From Nitrospirota bacterium (GTDB taxonomy: Bacteria > Nitrospirota > Nitrospiria > 2-01-FULL-66-17): 64,000 bases of DNA. The position numbers were made by a program, and so were the translations under genes. Of this stretch, positions 1-10,592 are shown piece by piece (position 1 is the stretch's first letter; each line of letters opens with the position of its first letter). The notes under the pieces were generated by a model that ran no database searches, was not told the DNA's origin, and saw only the letters and a program-made list of their open reading frames with translations. Location of the stretch: assembly GCA_049325335.1 (NCBI GenBank), contig JBMOMC010000007.1:259034-323033 (forward strand), written 5' to 3'.

Positions 1-2130
1 AATTTTCTCAATCCGCACCGCGGACTGCTTGTACGCGGGCTGGCGGGAATACGGATCGAGCAGGCCGAGCGCGAGCCGGTTCACGCAATCGTAGTAATGC
101 ATGGGAATGAACACCGCGTTGGGCGCCACGCGCTCGGTGAGTTGGGCCATGACCACGGCGTCCGAACGGCGCGAAACGACCCGCACGTACTCCAGGGATC
201 GGATGCCCAGGCGTTCGGCCGCGCTGGGATTAATTTCCATGTACGGCGTGGGGCTGAATTTGTTGAGGTTCCCGATCTTGCCGGTCTTGGTGCGTGTGTG
301 CCAGTGCTCGACCACCCGTCCGCTATTGAGCCAGAACGGATACTGCTCGTCCGGCCGCTCGTTGTTGTCCACGAACGGCAAAGGAATCAGTTTGGCCTTG
401 CCGTCGGGATGATGGAAGCGGCCGTCGGTATATAACCGCGGCGAGCCGGTGGGAGCGGTGTCGTTGCACGGCCACTGAATCCCGCGCTGCTTCTCGATCG
501 AGTCGTGGGTCATGCCGGAATAATCACAAGGGCGCCCCTTGGACACCGCGCGCAACTCGTCGAACACCTCGCCCGGCACGTCCGAAAACTTCAGGGAACG
601 GCCCGCCTCAAAGCGTCGGGCGAGATTCGCGAAGATCCACAAATCGGGTTTGGCCGCTCCGGGCGGCTCGATCGCCTTGCGCACGATGTTCACGCGGCGT
701 TCGGTGTTGGTGAACACGCCCTCCTTTTCCCCCCACATGGCCGCGGGCAAATACACGTGCGCGTAGTTCACGGTCTCCACATCCGCGTACGCGTCCTGCA
801 CCACGAGGAATTCCAACTTCTCCAGGGTCTTACGGATGCGGGAGGTGTTCGGCATGGAGGTCATGGGGTTGGTCGCGATCAGCCACAACCCTTTGATCGC
901 GCCGGTCTCGATGGCCGGGAAAATATCGGTCTGGAACAGTCCCCGCTTAGGAGGGAAGAATGCCTTGTCCACGCCCCAGAACTCGGCCATAAACTCGCGG
1001 TCCGCGGCTTTCTCCAACTGACGGTAACCGGGCAAGCCGGAGCAGGACGAGAATTCGCGAGTGCCCATGGCGTTGCACTGCCCGGTGATGGACAACGAGG
1101 TGCCGCCGGGCTTGCCGATGTTCCCGGTGATCAAGTTGAGATTGTTGATCGCGGCCACGCCGTCCGATCCGTGCGTGGACTGGTTGATCCCCATGGTCCA
1201 AATGGTCATGGCCGCGCCGGCCTTGGCATACACGCGCGCCACGGTGCGAATGGTGTCTTCGTCGATGCCGCAGATCTTGGACGCGGTCACGGGATCGTAT
1301 TGCTCCACCAGCGCAGCCCACTCGGCAAAACCAGTGGTGTGCGCCTCGATATAGGCGCGATCTTCCAGGCCCTCCGTGAGAATCACGTGCGCCAGGCTAT
1401 TCAGCAGCACCAGGTCCGTGCCGGGCGTGATCGGCAGGTGAATGTCGGCCATTTGCGCAAATACCGTCACGCGCGGGTCCACCACGATGATCGGAAACTT
1501 GCGGCGATCGAGTGCGTCCTTCAAGCGCCACCAAATGACGGGGTGTTGTTCGGGCAGATTGGACCCGATCGCCAGCAGGCATTCGGTGTGCGCGAAGTCG
1601 TCGTAACAGCCGGGCGGCCCGTCGCTGCCGAAGGAGCGTTTGTAGCCCGACACCGCGGAGGCCATACAGAGCGTGGTGTTGCCGTCGTAGTTGTTGGTCC
1701 CGATCACACCGCGCACCAGTTTGCCCAGCGTGTAGAATTCTTCCGTGAGAATCTGGCCGGTGGAGACCACTGCGAAACTGTCGCGGCCATAGGCGGCCTG
1801 AATCCGCGTGATCTCGGCGGCCGTGTGATCCAGCGCCTCATCCCAACCGGCCTGACGGTAGGCCTCGAACGGTGCCCGGCGCATCAACGGGGTCTTGCCC
1901 CGGTTGGACGACGCGAACAGTTCGAACTCGAAGATCCCTTTCAAACACAGTTTGCCCCGGTTCACGTCCGCGTTCGACGCGCCGCGGGCTGACACGGCCT
2001 TGCCGTGTTTGTCCACCCCCACTTCGATCGAACAGCCGGTTGAGCAATAGCCGCAGGTCGTGTACACCCAGCGGTCAACGGGTTTCACCGCGAGCGTGAT
2101 TGGGGTTTTCTTGCGGCGTCCGAACAGCAC
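1..2130 (-). CDS. nasA: Assimilatory nitrate reductase catalytic subunit (Mo-bis-PGD, NasA/NarB family), truncated at the window edge near the end of the catalytic domain
   Basis: Not in the ORF track because it lacks a stop in the window. Manual translation from GTG at 2130 gives MLFGRRKKTP...TTCGYCSTGC...NRGKLCLKG ([4Fe-4S] motif), and the edge reads FIPMHYYDCVNRL...DPYSRQPAYKQSAVRIEKI. Neighbours are NarK, P-II and Amt. Confidence 0.9.
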   Translation of the reverse strand, partial: MLFGRRKKTPITLAVKPVDRWVYTTCGYCSTGCSIEVGVDKHGKAVSARGASNADVNRGKLCLKGIFEFELFASSNRGKTPLMRRAPFEAYRQAGWDEALDHTAAEITRIQAAYGRDSFAVVSTGQILTEEFYTLGKLVRGVIGTNNYDGNTTLCMASAVSGYKRSFGSDGPPGCYDDFAHTECLLAIGSNLPEQHPVIWWRLKDALDRRKFPIIVVDPRVTVFAQMADIHLPITPGTDLVLLNSLAHVILTEGLEDRAYIEAHTTGFAEWAALVEQYDPVTASKICGIDEDTIRTVARVYAKAGAAMTIWTMGINQSTHGSDGVAAINNLNLITGNIGKPGGTSLSITGQCNAMGTREFSSCSGLPGYRQLEKAADREFMAEFWGVDKAFFPPKRGLFQTDIFPAIETGAIKGLWLIATNPMTSMPNTSRIRKTLEKLEFLVVQDAYADVETVNYAHVYLPAAMWGEKEGVFTNTERRVNIVRKAIEPPGAAKPDLWIFANLARRFEAGRSLKFSDVPGEVFDELRAVSKGRPCDYSGMTHDSIEKQRGIQWPCNDTAPTGSPRLYTDGRFHHPDGKAKLIPLPFVDNNERPDEQYPFWLNSGRVVEHWHTRTKTGKIGNLNKFSPTPYMEINPSAAERLGIRSLEYVRVVSRRSDAVVMAQLTERVAPNAVFIPMHYYDCVNRLALGLLDPYSRQPAYKQSAVRIEKI

Positions 2131-2164
2131 GTCAGTCGAGCACTCCGGTCACGCGGATCTCATA

Positions 2165-2180
2165 CGCAAGAGCGATGCCA
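2165..2180 (-). promoter_or_regulatory. Sigma-54 (-24/-12) promoter of the nitrate reductase gene
   Basis: Minus strand reads TGGCATCGCTCTTGCG (consensus TGGCAC-N5-TTGCW), about 35 bp upstream of the GTG start. Confidence 0.75.
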
Positions 2181-2230
2181 CCAACCCCGCCCGGAAACAC
2201 CGCGGAAATACGCGTGGGATGAACCGTTGT

Positions 2231-2265
2231 CGACAGAAATGTCGGACCGACCAACAGGAATGTCG
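2231..2265. promoter_or_regulatory. Tandem candidate activator sites (CGACA-N4-TGTCG)
   Basis: CGACAGAAATGTCG at 2231-2244 and CAACAGGAATGTCG at 2252-2265, 21 bp apart, upstream of the sigma-54 promoter. Confidence 0.6.
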
Positions 2266-2315
2266 AGTCGAGTGGTGAGCCGGAAGAAGGAGCGAGGATC
2301 GCGAGAACCACGGTT

Positions 2316-2339
2316 GTAGGGGCGTACGGCCGTACGCCC
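2316..2339. repeat. GTAG-type REP-like palindrome (partial copy)
   Basis: GTAGGGGCGTACGGCCGTACGCCC, the same element as at 4083 and 10970. Confidence 0.75.
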
Positions 2340-2344
2340 AGACG

Positions 2345-4051
2345 CTATCGCGTCAGCAGCGCCAGCAGCGCCAGCGCCAACAGCGCGGACACGACTTGCC
2401 AGAACCGCACCGGGTTTCGATGATACAGGGGCACTCGGTCAGGCGTGCGTTTAGCGCCTTGAACCAGGCCGTTTTCCAGTTCGAACGCCATCTCCATGGC
2501 GTCTGCGAAGCGCTGCGCCTTGTCAACGGCCGTGGCTTTGGCCAGCACCACATCCAGCCACGCCGGGAGATCCGGCCGGTGGTGGGTGAGCGACGTCCGC
2601 TTGGTAAAACGAGGACGTGAGAACGCCTCCACTTCGCCATACGGGTACGCGCCGCTGAACAGGCGATACAGCGTCACGCCCAGCGCGTACACGTCGGATT
2701 GTTCGTCACCCGCCTCGCCGGCAAACAGCTCCGGCGCCATGAAACTGGGCGTGCCCGGGATCTCCTCCGACGGCGTATCCTGGATCCCCGGCAACCGCGC
2801 GACCCCTAGGTCCAGGAGTTTTAACCCGCCGTCCGGTTGCACCAGCACGTTGTCGGGTTTGACGTCTCGGTGGATGATCCTCAGACGGTTCAACCCGTAC
2901 ACGGCCTTGGCCAGCGCGATGCCGAGCCGCACGCCTTCTTCCAGCGAGATCGCGGGCCCGCGCGCCAACCGTGATTCCAGGGTCTCACCCTCGTAAAACG
3001 GCATCACCGCGTACAAACGCGTCCTGCGGCCCGGCGGCAACTCGATCACTTCGCCGATCCACGGGCTCGTCACCCGCGAGGCGATCCAGGCCTCGCGCAC
3101 GAATGCGCGACGGTAAGACGCCTCGCCCTCGACCCGGGGATGGGGAAACTTGAGCGCCACGTCACGCCCATCAAGGGTGTCTTTGGCCCGGAACAGGCGA
3201 CTGTACCGGCCGTTCGAAACCACCCCACCCAGCAAGAACCCGTCGATCAGGTCGCCGGACTTCGGCAGGTCGGCGATGGGCAATGTCTCGATCGCGCCTT
3301 CGAATTCGGCCTCGTCCGCGGCGGGCAACCCTACGACGTCCACCACCAGCGCCGTGGCATTGTCCTGGCTGCCCGCGTCCAACGCCGCGCGCACTAATCG
3401 TTCGGCGCTCTCTTGCGGCGACGTCCGCTCGGCCACGATCCCCTGGATCGCGCGATCCGACAGAACCGCGTGTACGCCGTCGCTGCACAACACGAACCGG
3501 TCGTGCAACTTGATCCCGTCCGCGGCGTAATCCGCGCGCAGCAACGCTTCGATGCCCACGGCGCGGTACAACACGTGACGGAGATCCGGACGACTGTGGG
3601 TGTGGTCCGTGGTCAGCCGGGTCAACCGGTTGTCACGGTATCGATAGATCCGGCTGTCGCCGACGTGGATAGTGTGCACCTGACGACCTCGGAGCACCAC
3701 GGCGCTGAATGTGGTGGCCATGTGCTCCAACGCGGGATCCTGCCGCCCCTGCGCAAACACCCACCGGTTCATGGCATCCAGTGCCCGACCCGCTGCGCGC
3801 TCCACCCCGAGCGTGTCCGGCAGACCGAAATACCCGTCGAGAAATCCGCGGACCGTGACCTCCGCGGCCTGACGCCCGCCGCACGCGCCGCCGATGCCGT
3901 CCGCCACCGCGAGCACGCACCCCTTCACGGCGCGCTGGTGCGCGTCACCAAGGTGCGAGCCCACGAAATCCTCGTTGACCTCGCGTCGGCCGGTCTCGCT
4001 CACAGATCCGATGCGGATGTGCAACTCATCATGGGCTCCGGCAGGAATCAT
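2345..4051 (-). CDS. Bifunctional PP2C phosphatase / Ser-Thr protein kinase
   Basis: N-terminal PP2C motifs (NEDF, VADGIGG, HVGDSR, CSDGV, SQDNAT), C-terminal Hanks kinase motifs (VALK, HRDVKPDN, DLG, APE) and a C-terminal TM helix. Confidence 0.9.
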   Translation of the reverse strand: MIPAGAHDELHIRIGSVSETGRREVNEDFVGSHLGDAHQRAVKGCVLAVADGIGGACGGRQAAEVTVRGFLDGYFGLPDTLGVERAAGRALDAMNRWVFAQGRQDPALEHMATTFSAVVLRGRQVHTIHVGDSRIYRYRDNRLTRLTTDHTHSRPDLRHVLYRAVGIEALLRADYAADGIKLHDRFVLCSDGVHAVLSDRAIQGIVAERTSPQESAERLVRAALDAGSQDNATALVVDVVGLPAADEAEFEGAIETLPIADLPKSGDLIDGFLLGGVVSNGRYSRLFRAKDTLDGRDVALKFPHPRVEGEASYRRAFVREAWIASRVTSPWIGEVIELPPGRRTRLYAVMPFYEGETLESRLARGPAISLEEGVRLGIALAKAVYGLNRLRIIHRDVKPDNVLVQPDGGLKLLDLGVARLPGIQDTPSEEIPGTPSFMAPELFAGEAGDEQSDVYALGVTLYRLFSGAYPYGEVEAFSRPRFTKRTSLTHHRPDLPAWLDVVLAKATAVDKAQRFADAMEMAFELENGLVQGAKRTPDRVPLYHRNPVRFWQVVSALLALALLALLTR

Positions 4052-4082
4052 CGGCCCATTCTACATCCACGCGCCCACATGG

Positions 4083-4110
4083 GTAGGGGCGTACGGCCGT
4101 ACGCCCCTAC
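4083..4110. repeat. GTAG-type REP-like perfect 28-bp palindrome
   Basis: GTAGGGGCGTACGGCCGTACGCCCCTAC, intergenic. Confidence 0.8.
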
Positions 4111-4169
4111 GAAGACCGCAGGAAATGGACCCAGAGACAACGCCGCGATGTCCATGTATGGACAGGCTC

Positions 4170-5453
4170 TCACACGCGGGCCCCGGACACGGCTCCCCAC
4201 GTTGTTCTCCAACGGGCCTTCACGAGCACCAATCCGACGAGACCAACGAGCGCGAGCCCGGCAAATATCAGGAACCCCAAGGCAAAATCCCCGGTCAACC
4301 CCTTGGACCATCCGAGCGCTCGGGCCAAGACGAATCCCCCGAGCCCGCCGGCCGCCCCAACCAGTCCGGTCATTACGCCCATCTCCCGGCGAAAACGTAA
4401 CGGCACCAACTGAAACACCGATCCGTTCCCCATCCCCAACGCCATGGCCCCGACAAAAAAGATCGCCACCGCGGCCCAGGCCGCTCCGGGCAGATCGAGC
4501 AGACTCCACCCCGCCACCTTGGCGAGCGCGACGGACTCCGCGGCGGGCGACGGCCCCTCGGGCAGAAACGCCACGGCCAGATACATGAGCGAGACCACGC
4601 CAAAGAGCGTTTGCAGGGTCCGGATGCCTCCCAGGCGATCGGCCAACCACCCGCCCACCGGCCTGAACAGGGACCCCGCGAACACCACGATGGCGACCAT
4701 AAGACCAGCGGCGATCCCGGACGCGTGATACCACTGGGTGAAGTAGAGCGGGAGCGCGCTGCTCAGGCCCACGAATCCGCCGAACGTGATCGAGTAGAAG
4801 AACATGAACCACCACGTGTCCGGATCCTTGAGCACCCCGACGTAGTTTGACCACGTCACCGGCGCCGCCCGATCCGGCGCGTCCTTGGCCATCACGGCAT
4901 AGAGCAGGAACACCACGGATGCGGGAATCAACAACGCCCCGAACACCGCCTGCCACCCGAAGCGCTCGGCCAGCCACGGCACGAACATGGAGTCCAGCAC
5001 CACGCCCATGTTGCCGGCCGCGGCGATGCCCAGGACCATGCCTTGATACCGTGGGGGGTACCAGCGGCTCGCCTGCGGAAGCGCCACGGCAAAACTCGCC
5101 CCCGCGACCCCGAGGATGACCCCGAGCACCTCCACGTCCAGCTTGCCGTGCAAACCGACCAGCCAGGCGTAGGCCAACCCGGCCATGACCACGAGCTGAC
5201 CCGCTTGCCCCGCGCGTTTGGGGCCGATCTGGTCGGCCAAAATTCCCAGGGGAATCCGCAACGCGGCGCCGAACAGGATCGGGATCGCCACGATGCCGAA
5301 CTTTTCTTCAACGCTGAGCGTCAGGTCCTGGGAAATGTACAACGACAGTGGGCCGAGCACTACCCAGACCATGAAACTGATGTCGAAATACAAAAAGGCC
5401 GACAACAGCGTCGGCCAATGCCCCGCGCGCGCAAACTCTTTGACATTCCACAC
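4170..5453 (-). CDS. narK: NarK/NasA-family MFS nitrate/nitrite transporter
   Basis: Multi-TM MFS protein with nitrate-signature-like segments (GASFAVALP...WYPP...GIAAAGNMG; GMGNGSVFQLVP), conserved Arg in ALRIP and LFRPVGG, and a GGAGG RBS before the GTG. Confidence 0.9.
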   Translation of the reverse strand: MWNVKEFARAGHWPTLLSAFLYFDISFMVWVVLGPLSLYISQDLTLSVEEKFGIVAIPILFGAALRIPLGILADQIGPKRAGQAGQLVVMAGLAYAWLVGLHGKLDVEVLGVILGVAGASFAVALPQASRWYPPRYQGMVLGIAAAGNMGVVLDSMFVPWLAERFGWQAVFGALLIPASVVFLLYAVMAKDAPDRAAPVTWSNYVGVLKDPDTWWFMFFYSITFGGFVGLSSALPLYFTQWYHASGIAAGLMVAIVVFAGSLFRPVGGWLADRLGGIRTLQTLFGVVSLMYLAVAFLPEGPSPAAESVALAKVAGWSLLDLPGAAWAAVAIFFVGAMALGMGNGSVFQLVPLRFRREMGVMTGLVGAAGGLGGFVLARALGWSKGLTGDFALGFLIFAGLALVGLVGLVLVKARWRTTWGAVSGARV

Positions 5454-5482
5454 GGATCGCCTCCGGCCCGCCGTGGATACAA

Positions 5483-5498
5483 AGCAATCTCAATGCCA
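5483..5498 (-). promoter_or_regulatory. Sigma-54 promoter of the nitrate transporter gene
   Basis: Minus strand reads TGGCATTGAGATTGCT, 30 bp upstream of the start. Confidence 0.8.
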
Positions 5499-5536
5499 GG
5501 GCAATCGCGCGCACGAGGGGCGGGGGAGGGAACGTC

Positions 5537-5583
5537 TGACACAATCGTCGAACAGAAATGTCGCGCCCGCGACAAACTCGTCG
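5537..5583. promoter_or_regulatory. Candidate activator sites (CGACA-N4-YGTCG family)
   Basis: TGACACAATCGTCG at 5537-5550, GAACAGAAATGTCG at 5550-5563 and CGACAAACTCGTCG at 5570-5583. Confidence 0.6.
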
Positions 5584-5603
5584 CGGTGGGCGACGCCGGT
5601 GGG

Positions 5604-7279
<1,676 letters not shown>

Positions 7280-7309
7280 CGGCGTGACTCCAGCGTGAGG
7301 GATACGGCT

Positions 7310-7323
7310 CGACAAAATCGTCG
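7310..7323. promoter_or_regulatory. Single CGACA-N4-CGTCG site upstream of amtB
   Basis: CGACAAAATCGTCG, about 30 bp upstream of the likely start codon. Confidence 0.5.
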
Positions 7324-7465
7324 AACGTGGCGCGTATCCTGGCACAACCCGGGGTGCGGGTCAACAGGCAATTAAGTACGGTATACCGATTCGGCGATCC
7401 GCCTGCCCCGGCGCGCGGAAGCGTCCCGGGCCGGGCAGTCTCAATTGGACGGGACCCGCGGGAGA

Positions 7466-8434
7466 TTACAGCGGAAGAAGGTCGGACGCGGACGGCGCCG
7501 GCAGGTCCGCCGCGGCTTCAACCCGACGCCACGCGGGACCGCCGTCCTGGTCACGTCCCGAGGAGGCCAGGGTTTCAAACCCCCGCGTCAAGATCGCGGT
7601 GGCATCCCACCAACGCCGGGGAGCGTTCAACATCACGAGGAGGAGATCGCCCTCTTCGCGGATCGCCCGCGCGATCAAACAGCGGCCGGCCCGATTGGTA
7701 AAACCAGTCTTGACCCCCACCGCGCCGTCGAAGCTCGCCATCAGCCGGTTGGTGGTGCGGTACCGATAGATCCGGCGGCCGTCCAACGTGCGTAACACGC
7801 CCTGGTGAATCTTGACCGCCTCATCGAACGCGGGGTTCGCAAGCGCAGTGGTAGCGAGCCTCGCCAGATCGTTCGCCGTGGAGTAATGACTCGGCGCGTC
7901 GAATCCGCACGCATTCTGAAAATGCGTATTGGCCAGCCCCAAAGCGTCGGCGTAGCGGTTCATTCTCTCGACGAATCCATCTTCCGTGCCCGCGATCGCT
8001 TCAGCCACGGCCCGGCACGCATCGTTCGCGGACGTGACCAGCATGGCATCGATGAGGTCCCCAAGCCGAAACGTCTGCCCGGCCCGCACGCGCAACCGAT
8101 GGCCGGTGGCGCGTGCCGCGTGTCGGCTGATAGTCACGGTCGAGTGGAGGTCGCCTTCCTCGAACGCGATCAGGGCGGTCATCACCTTGGTCAGACTTGC
8201 CGGCGCCAGCCGAGCGCCCGCATTGGCTTCGTACAACACCCGCTGTTGGGACAGGTCCATGAGCAGGAGCCCCTTGGCCCGAACCTTGGGCCACGCCGCC
8301 TCGTCGGCCCAACTCGGGACCGCCCAGCCGAACAACGCGACGACGACAAGCGTCACGGCCCACCGTTGATGGCGCCGGATCACCATCCGATCGAACTCAC
8401 CGCCACCCGACTCCTCGCGGAACATTGGGGCCAA
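7466..8434 (-). CDS. D-alanyl-D-alanine carboxypeptidase (peptidase S11); start uncertain
   Basis: Signal peptide, SxxK (ASLTK), SxN (SAND) and KTG motifs. Confidence 0.9.
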   Translation of the reverse strand: MAPMFREESGGGEFDRMVIRRHQRWAVTLVVVALFGWAVPSWADEAAWPKVRAKGLLLMDLSQQRVLYEANAGARLAPASLTKVMTALIAFEEGDLHSTVTISRHAARATGHRLRVRAGQTFRLGDLIDAMLVTSANDACRAVAEAIAGTEDGFVERMNRYADALGLANTHFQNACGFDAPSHYSTANDLARLATTALANPAFDEAVKIHQGVLRTLDGRRIYRYRTTNRLMASFDGAVGVKTGFTNRAGRCLIARAIREEGDLLLVMLNAPRRWWDATAILTRGFETLASSGRDQDGGPAWRRVEAAADLPAPSASDLLPL

Positions 8435-8475
8435 CTATAATAGACGCCTCCCCGGTCGTCAACGCTCGTCTCACG

Positions 8476-9279
8476 CTAGACCACCCACAAGACCAGACAC
8501 TTGGCGCTCCCCCCGGCCTTGTGAAACTCCGACAGATCCACGGGATGGGGCGTGAAGCCGTGCGCGCGCAGGGTTCGTTCCAACTCCTCGCAACCGGCCT
8601 GCAGGACCACGTCGCGCCCCGCCACTACCGCGTTGCACCCAAACCGCGCGGCGTCGGCCTCGCTCACCGCGATCGGCTCGGGCACGAACTGCGCGATCAC
8701 CTTGCGGCCGTACTCGTCGAACGCGGACGGATAATACAGCGCGCGCCGGGTATCGAGCGGGCAGAAACACGTGTCCAAATGGTAAAAGCGCGGGTCCACC
8801 AGTTCGAGCGAGAGCACCTCGCGGCCCACCAGAGCGGCCACGGCCTGGTGCGAGCGGACGTCGGAACGGATGCGGTACCCCGCGAACAGGGCCTCGCCCA
8901 ACCACAACGCGTCGCCTTCGCCCTCGAAACACGTGTCCTCGGGCACGGCGTCGATCCGATACCCGCGCGCGCGAAACCACGCCTCGTAAATGGGTTGTTC
9001 CTGTTGGCGCTCCGGATGGAGGAACCGACTGGCCATGAAGCGGCCGGGTACGACCAGACCCGCGTTCGCAGTAAAGACCAAATCAGGCAGGCCCTTGACC
9101 GGGTCGAGCAGATCAACGCGAATGCCTAGGCCGTTGGTCAGCTCGTTGTACAACGCCCGCCACTGCGCCTGCGCGCGCGCCGCATCCGCAGGCCTGCGCA
9201 CATCCATCCACGGGTTGATTTCGTATTCGATCCCGTAGAAGTCCGGCGGACACATCAACAGGGATCGACCAGGCGTCAT
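8476..9279 (-). CDS. Amidinotransferase-superfamily hydrolase (ArgZ arginine-dihydrolase-like domain)
   Basis: LMCPP..Y.IEYEINPWM, PDLVFTANAG, FEGEGDA, FYHLDTCF and C-terminal KAGGSAKCL (catalytic Cys). Confidence 0.85.
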   Translation of the reverse strand: MTPGRSLLMCPPDFYGIEYEINPWMDVRRPADAARAQAQWRALYNELTNGLGIRVDLLDPVKGLPDLVFTANAGLVVPGRFMASRFLHPERQQEQPIYEAWFRARGYRIDAVPEDTCFEGEGDALWLGEALFAGYRIRSDVRSHQAVAALVGREVLSLELVDPRFYHLDTCFCPLDTRRALYYPSAFDEYGRKVIAQFVPEPIAVSEADAARFGCNAVVAGRDVVLQAGCEELERTLRAHGFTPHPVDLSEFHKAGGSAKCLVLWVV

Positions 9280-10514
9280 CCCTTCGACCGCGCACCCATC
9301 GGCGGATCCAACGCATCAACCAATGTCCGAAGAAACGGCTCCACGTCGGTGACCAGGCCCATGGCCTGAAAGCTCCCGCGATCCCCGAGTTTGGTCACCA
9401 CCGCGGGGTTGATGTCCACGCAGATCAATTTCACCGAAGCGGGCAGAATGTTACCGGTGGCGATCGAGTGCAGCGTAGTGGCGATCAGGATCGCCACGGT
9501 CACGTCCTGGATGTTTTCGCGCATGGCGTCCTGGGCGCGGACCGCGTCGGTGATTACGTCCGGCAACGGCCCGTCGTCGCGGATCGACCCGGCCAGCACC
9601 ACGTCCACGCCGCACGTCACGCACGCGTGCATGATGCCGTTGGACAGTAGGCCACGCTCCACGGCCTGGCGAATGCCCCCGACCCGACGGATCGCGTTGA
9701 TGGCACGCAGGTGGTGCTCGTGCCCCTCCTCGACCGGAATGCCCCGGTCGAGCGACATGCCCAGCGACGTGCCGAACAACGCCTGCTCGATGTCGTGCGC
9801 CGCGAGCGCGTTGCCCGCGAACAAGACCTGCACGTACCCAGATCGAATCAACCGTTCCAGGTGCGGGCCCGACCCGGTGTGGATCACGGCCGGTCCCGCG
9901 ACCACGAGAACCTTGTTCCCCGCAGCGCGCGCGGCCTTGATGTGCGCGGCCATTTCGCGGATCACCACCGCCTTGGGTTTTTCGGAGGACACGCTGCTCG
10001 CCATAAACTCGAACACGTTGCGCTCCGGTGAACGGTCAATGGGCGAGACTTTGACTCCCGCGTGCCCAACCACGATCCGATCGCCGCGGCGCACCCGGTG
10101 CATGGGCACCGTACCCGCGCGGCCGGCGGCGGGGTCGAACGCGATGCCGCAATCCATTTCCGGACGTTCGACCGGGATCCACGCGCCGTTCACACGAATC
10201 CACGAGTCAAAATGCGACGTGCAGTAGAACCCTTCGGGGAACGCGCCGTCGCAGTCCGCCGCCACGAGCTTGACGTCTTCGCCCCGCACGGGCAATGCGC
10301 CATGCTGCCCGATGCGTCCGAGGATCACGTCGAGCTGCGCAGCATCGGACGCGGTCACGTTGATCGTGGCGCAACTCGCATCTTCCCGGCGGTGCCCCAC
10401 GGTAAGATCCACGATCTCAAACCGCCCGCCCAGATTCATGATCTCGTCGAGTACCTTGGGCAGCAGCAGGGAATCAATGATGTGGCCGCGAAGTTCGACA
10501 GTTTCAGTGGGCAT
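9276..10514 (-). CDS. TIGR00300-family protein (LOR/SDH-related, ornithine cyclodeaminase-like C-terminal half of ArgZ/AgrE)
   Basis: LRGHIIDS, PEGFY, EMDC, FEFMASSVSSEKPK, GPAVIHTG, GNALAAHDIE, LAGSIRDDGPLP, LHSIATGN, KLGDRGS. Overlaps the amidinotransferase start by 4 bp. Confidence 0.85.
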   Translation of the reverse strand: MPTETVELRGHIIDSLLLPKVLDEIMNLGGRFEIVDLTVGHRREDASCATINVTASDAAQLDVILGRIGQHGALPVRGEDVKLVAADCDGAFPEGFYCTSHFDSWIRVNGAWIPVERPEMDCGIAFDPAAGRAGTVPMHRVRRGDRIVVGHAGVKVSPIDRSPERNVFEFMASSVSSEKPKAVVIREMAAHIKAARAAGNKVLVVAGPAVIHTGSGPHLERLIRSGYVQVLFAGNALAAHDIEQALFGTSLGMSLDRGIPVEEGHEHHLRAINAIRRVGGIRQAVERGLLSNGIMHACVTCGVDVVLAGSIRDDGPLPDVITDAVRAQDAMRENIQDVTVAILIATTLHSIATGNILPASVKLICVDINPAVVTKLGDRGSFQAMGLVTDVEPFLRTLVDALDPPMGARSKG

Positions 10515-10521
10515 TTAGAAG

Positions 10522-10556
10522 ATCCCCCCTTTGACAAAGGGGGGAAGGGGGGGATT
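10522..10556. repeat. CCCCCCTTT-N3-AAAGGGGGG hairpin-type intergenic repeat
   Basis: ATCCCCCCTTTGACAAAGGGGGGAAGGGGGGGATT just upstream of the 10514 start; single copy in the window. Confidence 0.5.
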
Positions 10557-10592
10557 TGCAGGGCGCGCGATCGAGCCGAGAACGCACGGCGA

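Noticed and set aside
505..1992. 495-aa plus-strand ORF, and similar long ORFs at 5990..7375, 34747..36282, 58282..59517 and 60885..62732
   Set aside because: These are antisense shadows of clearly recognisable genes in GC-rich DNA and carry no motifs of their own.
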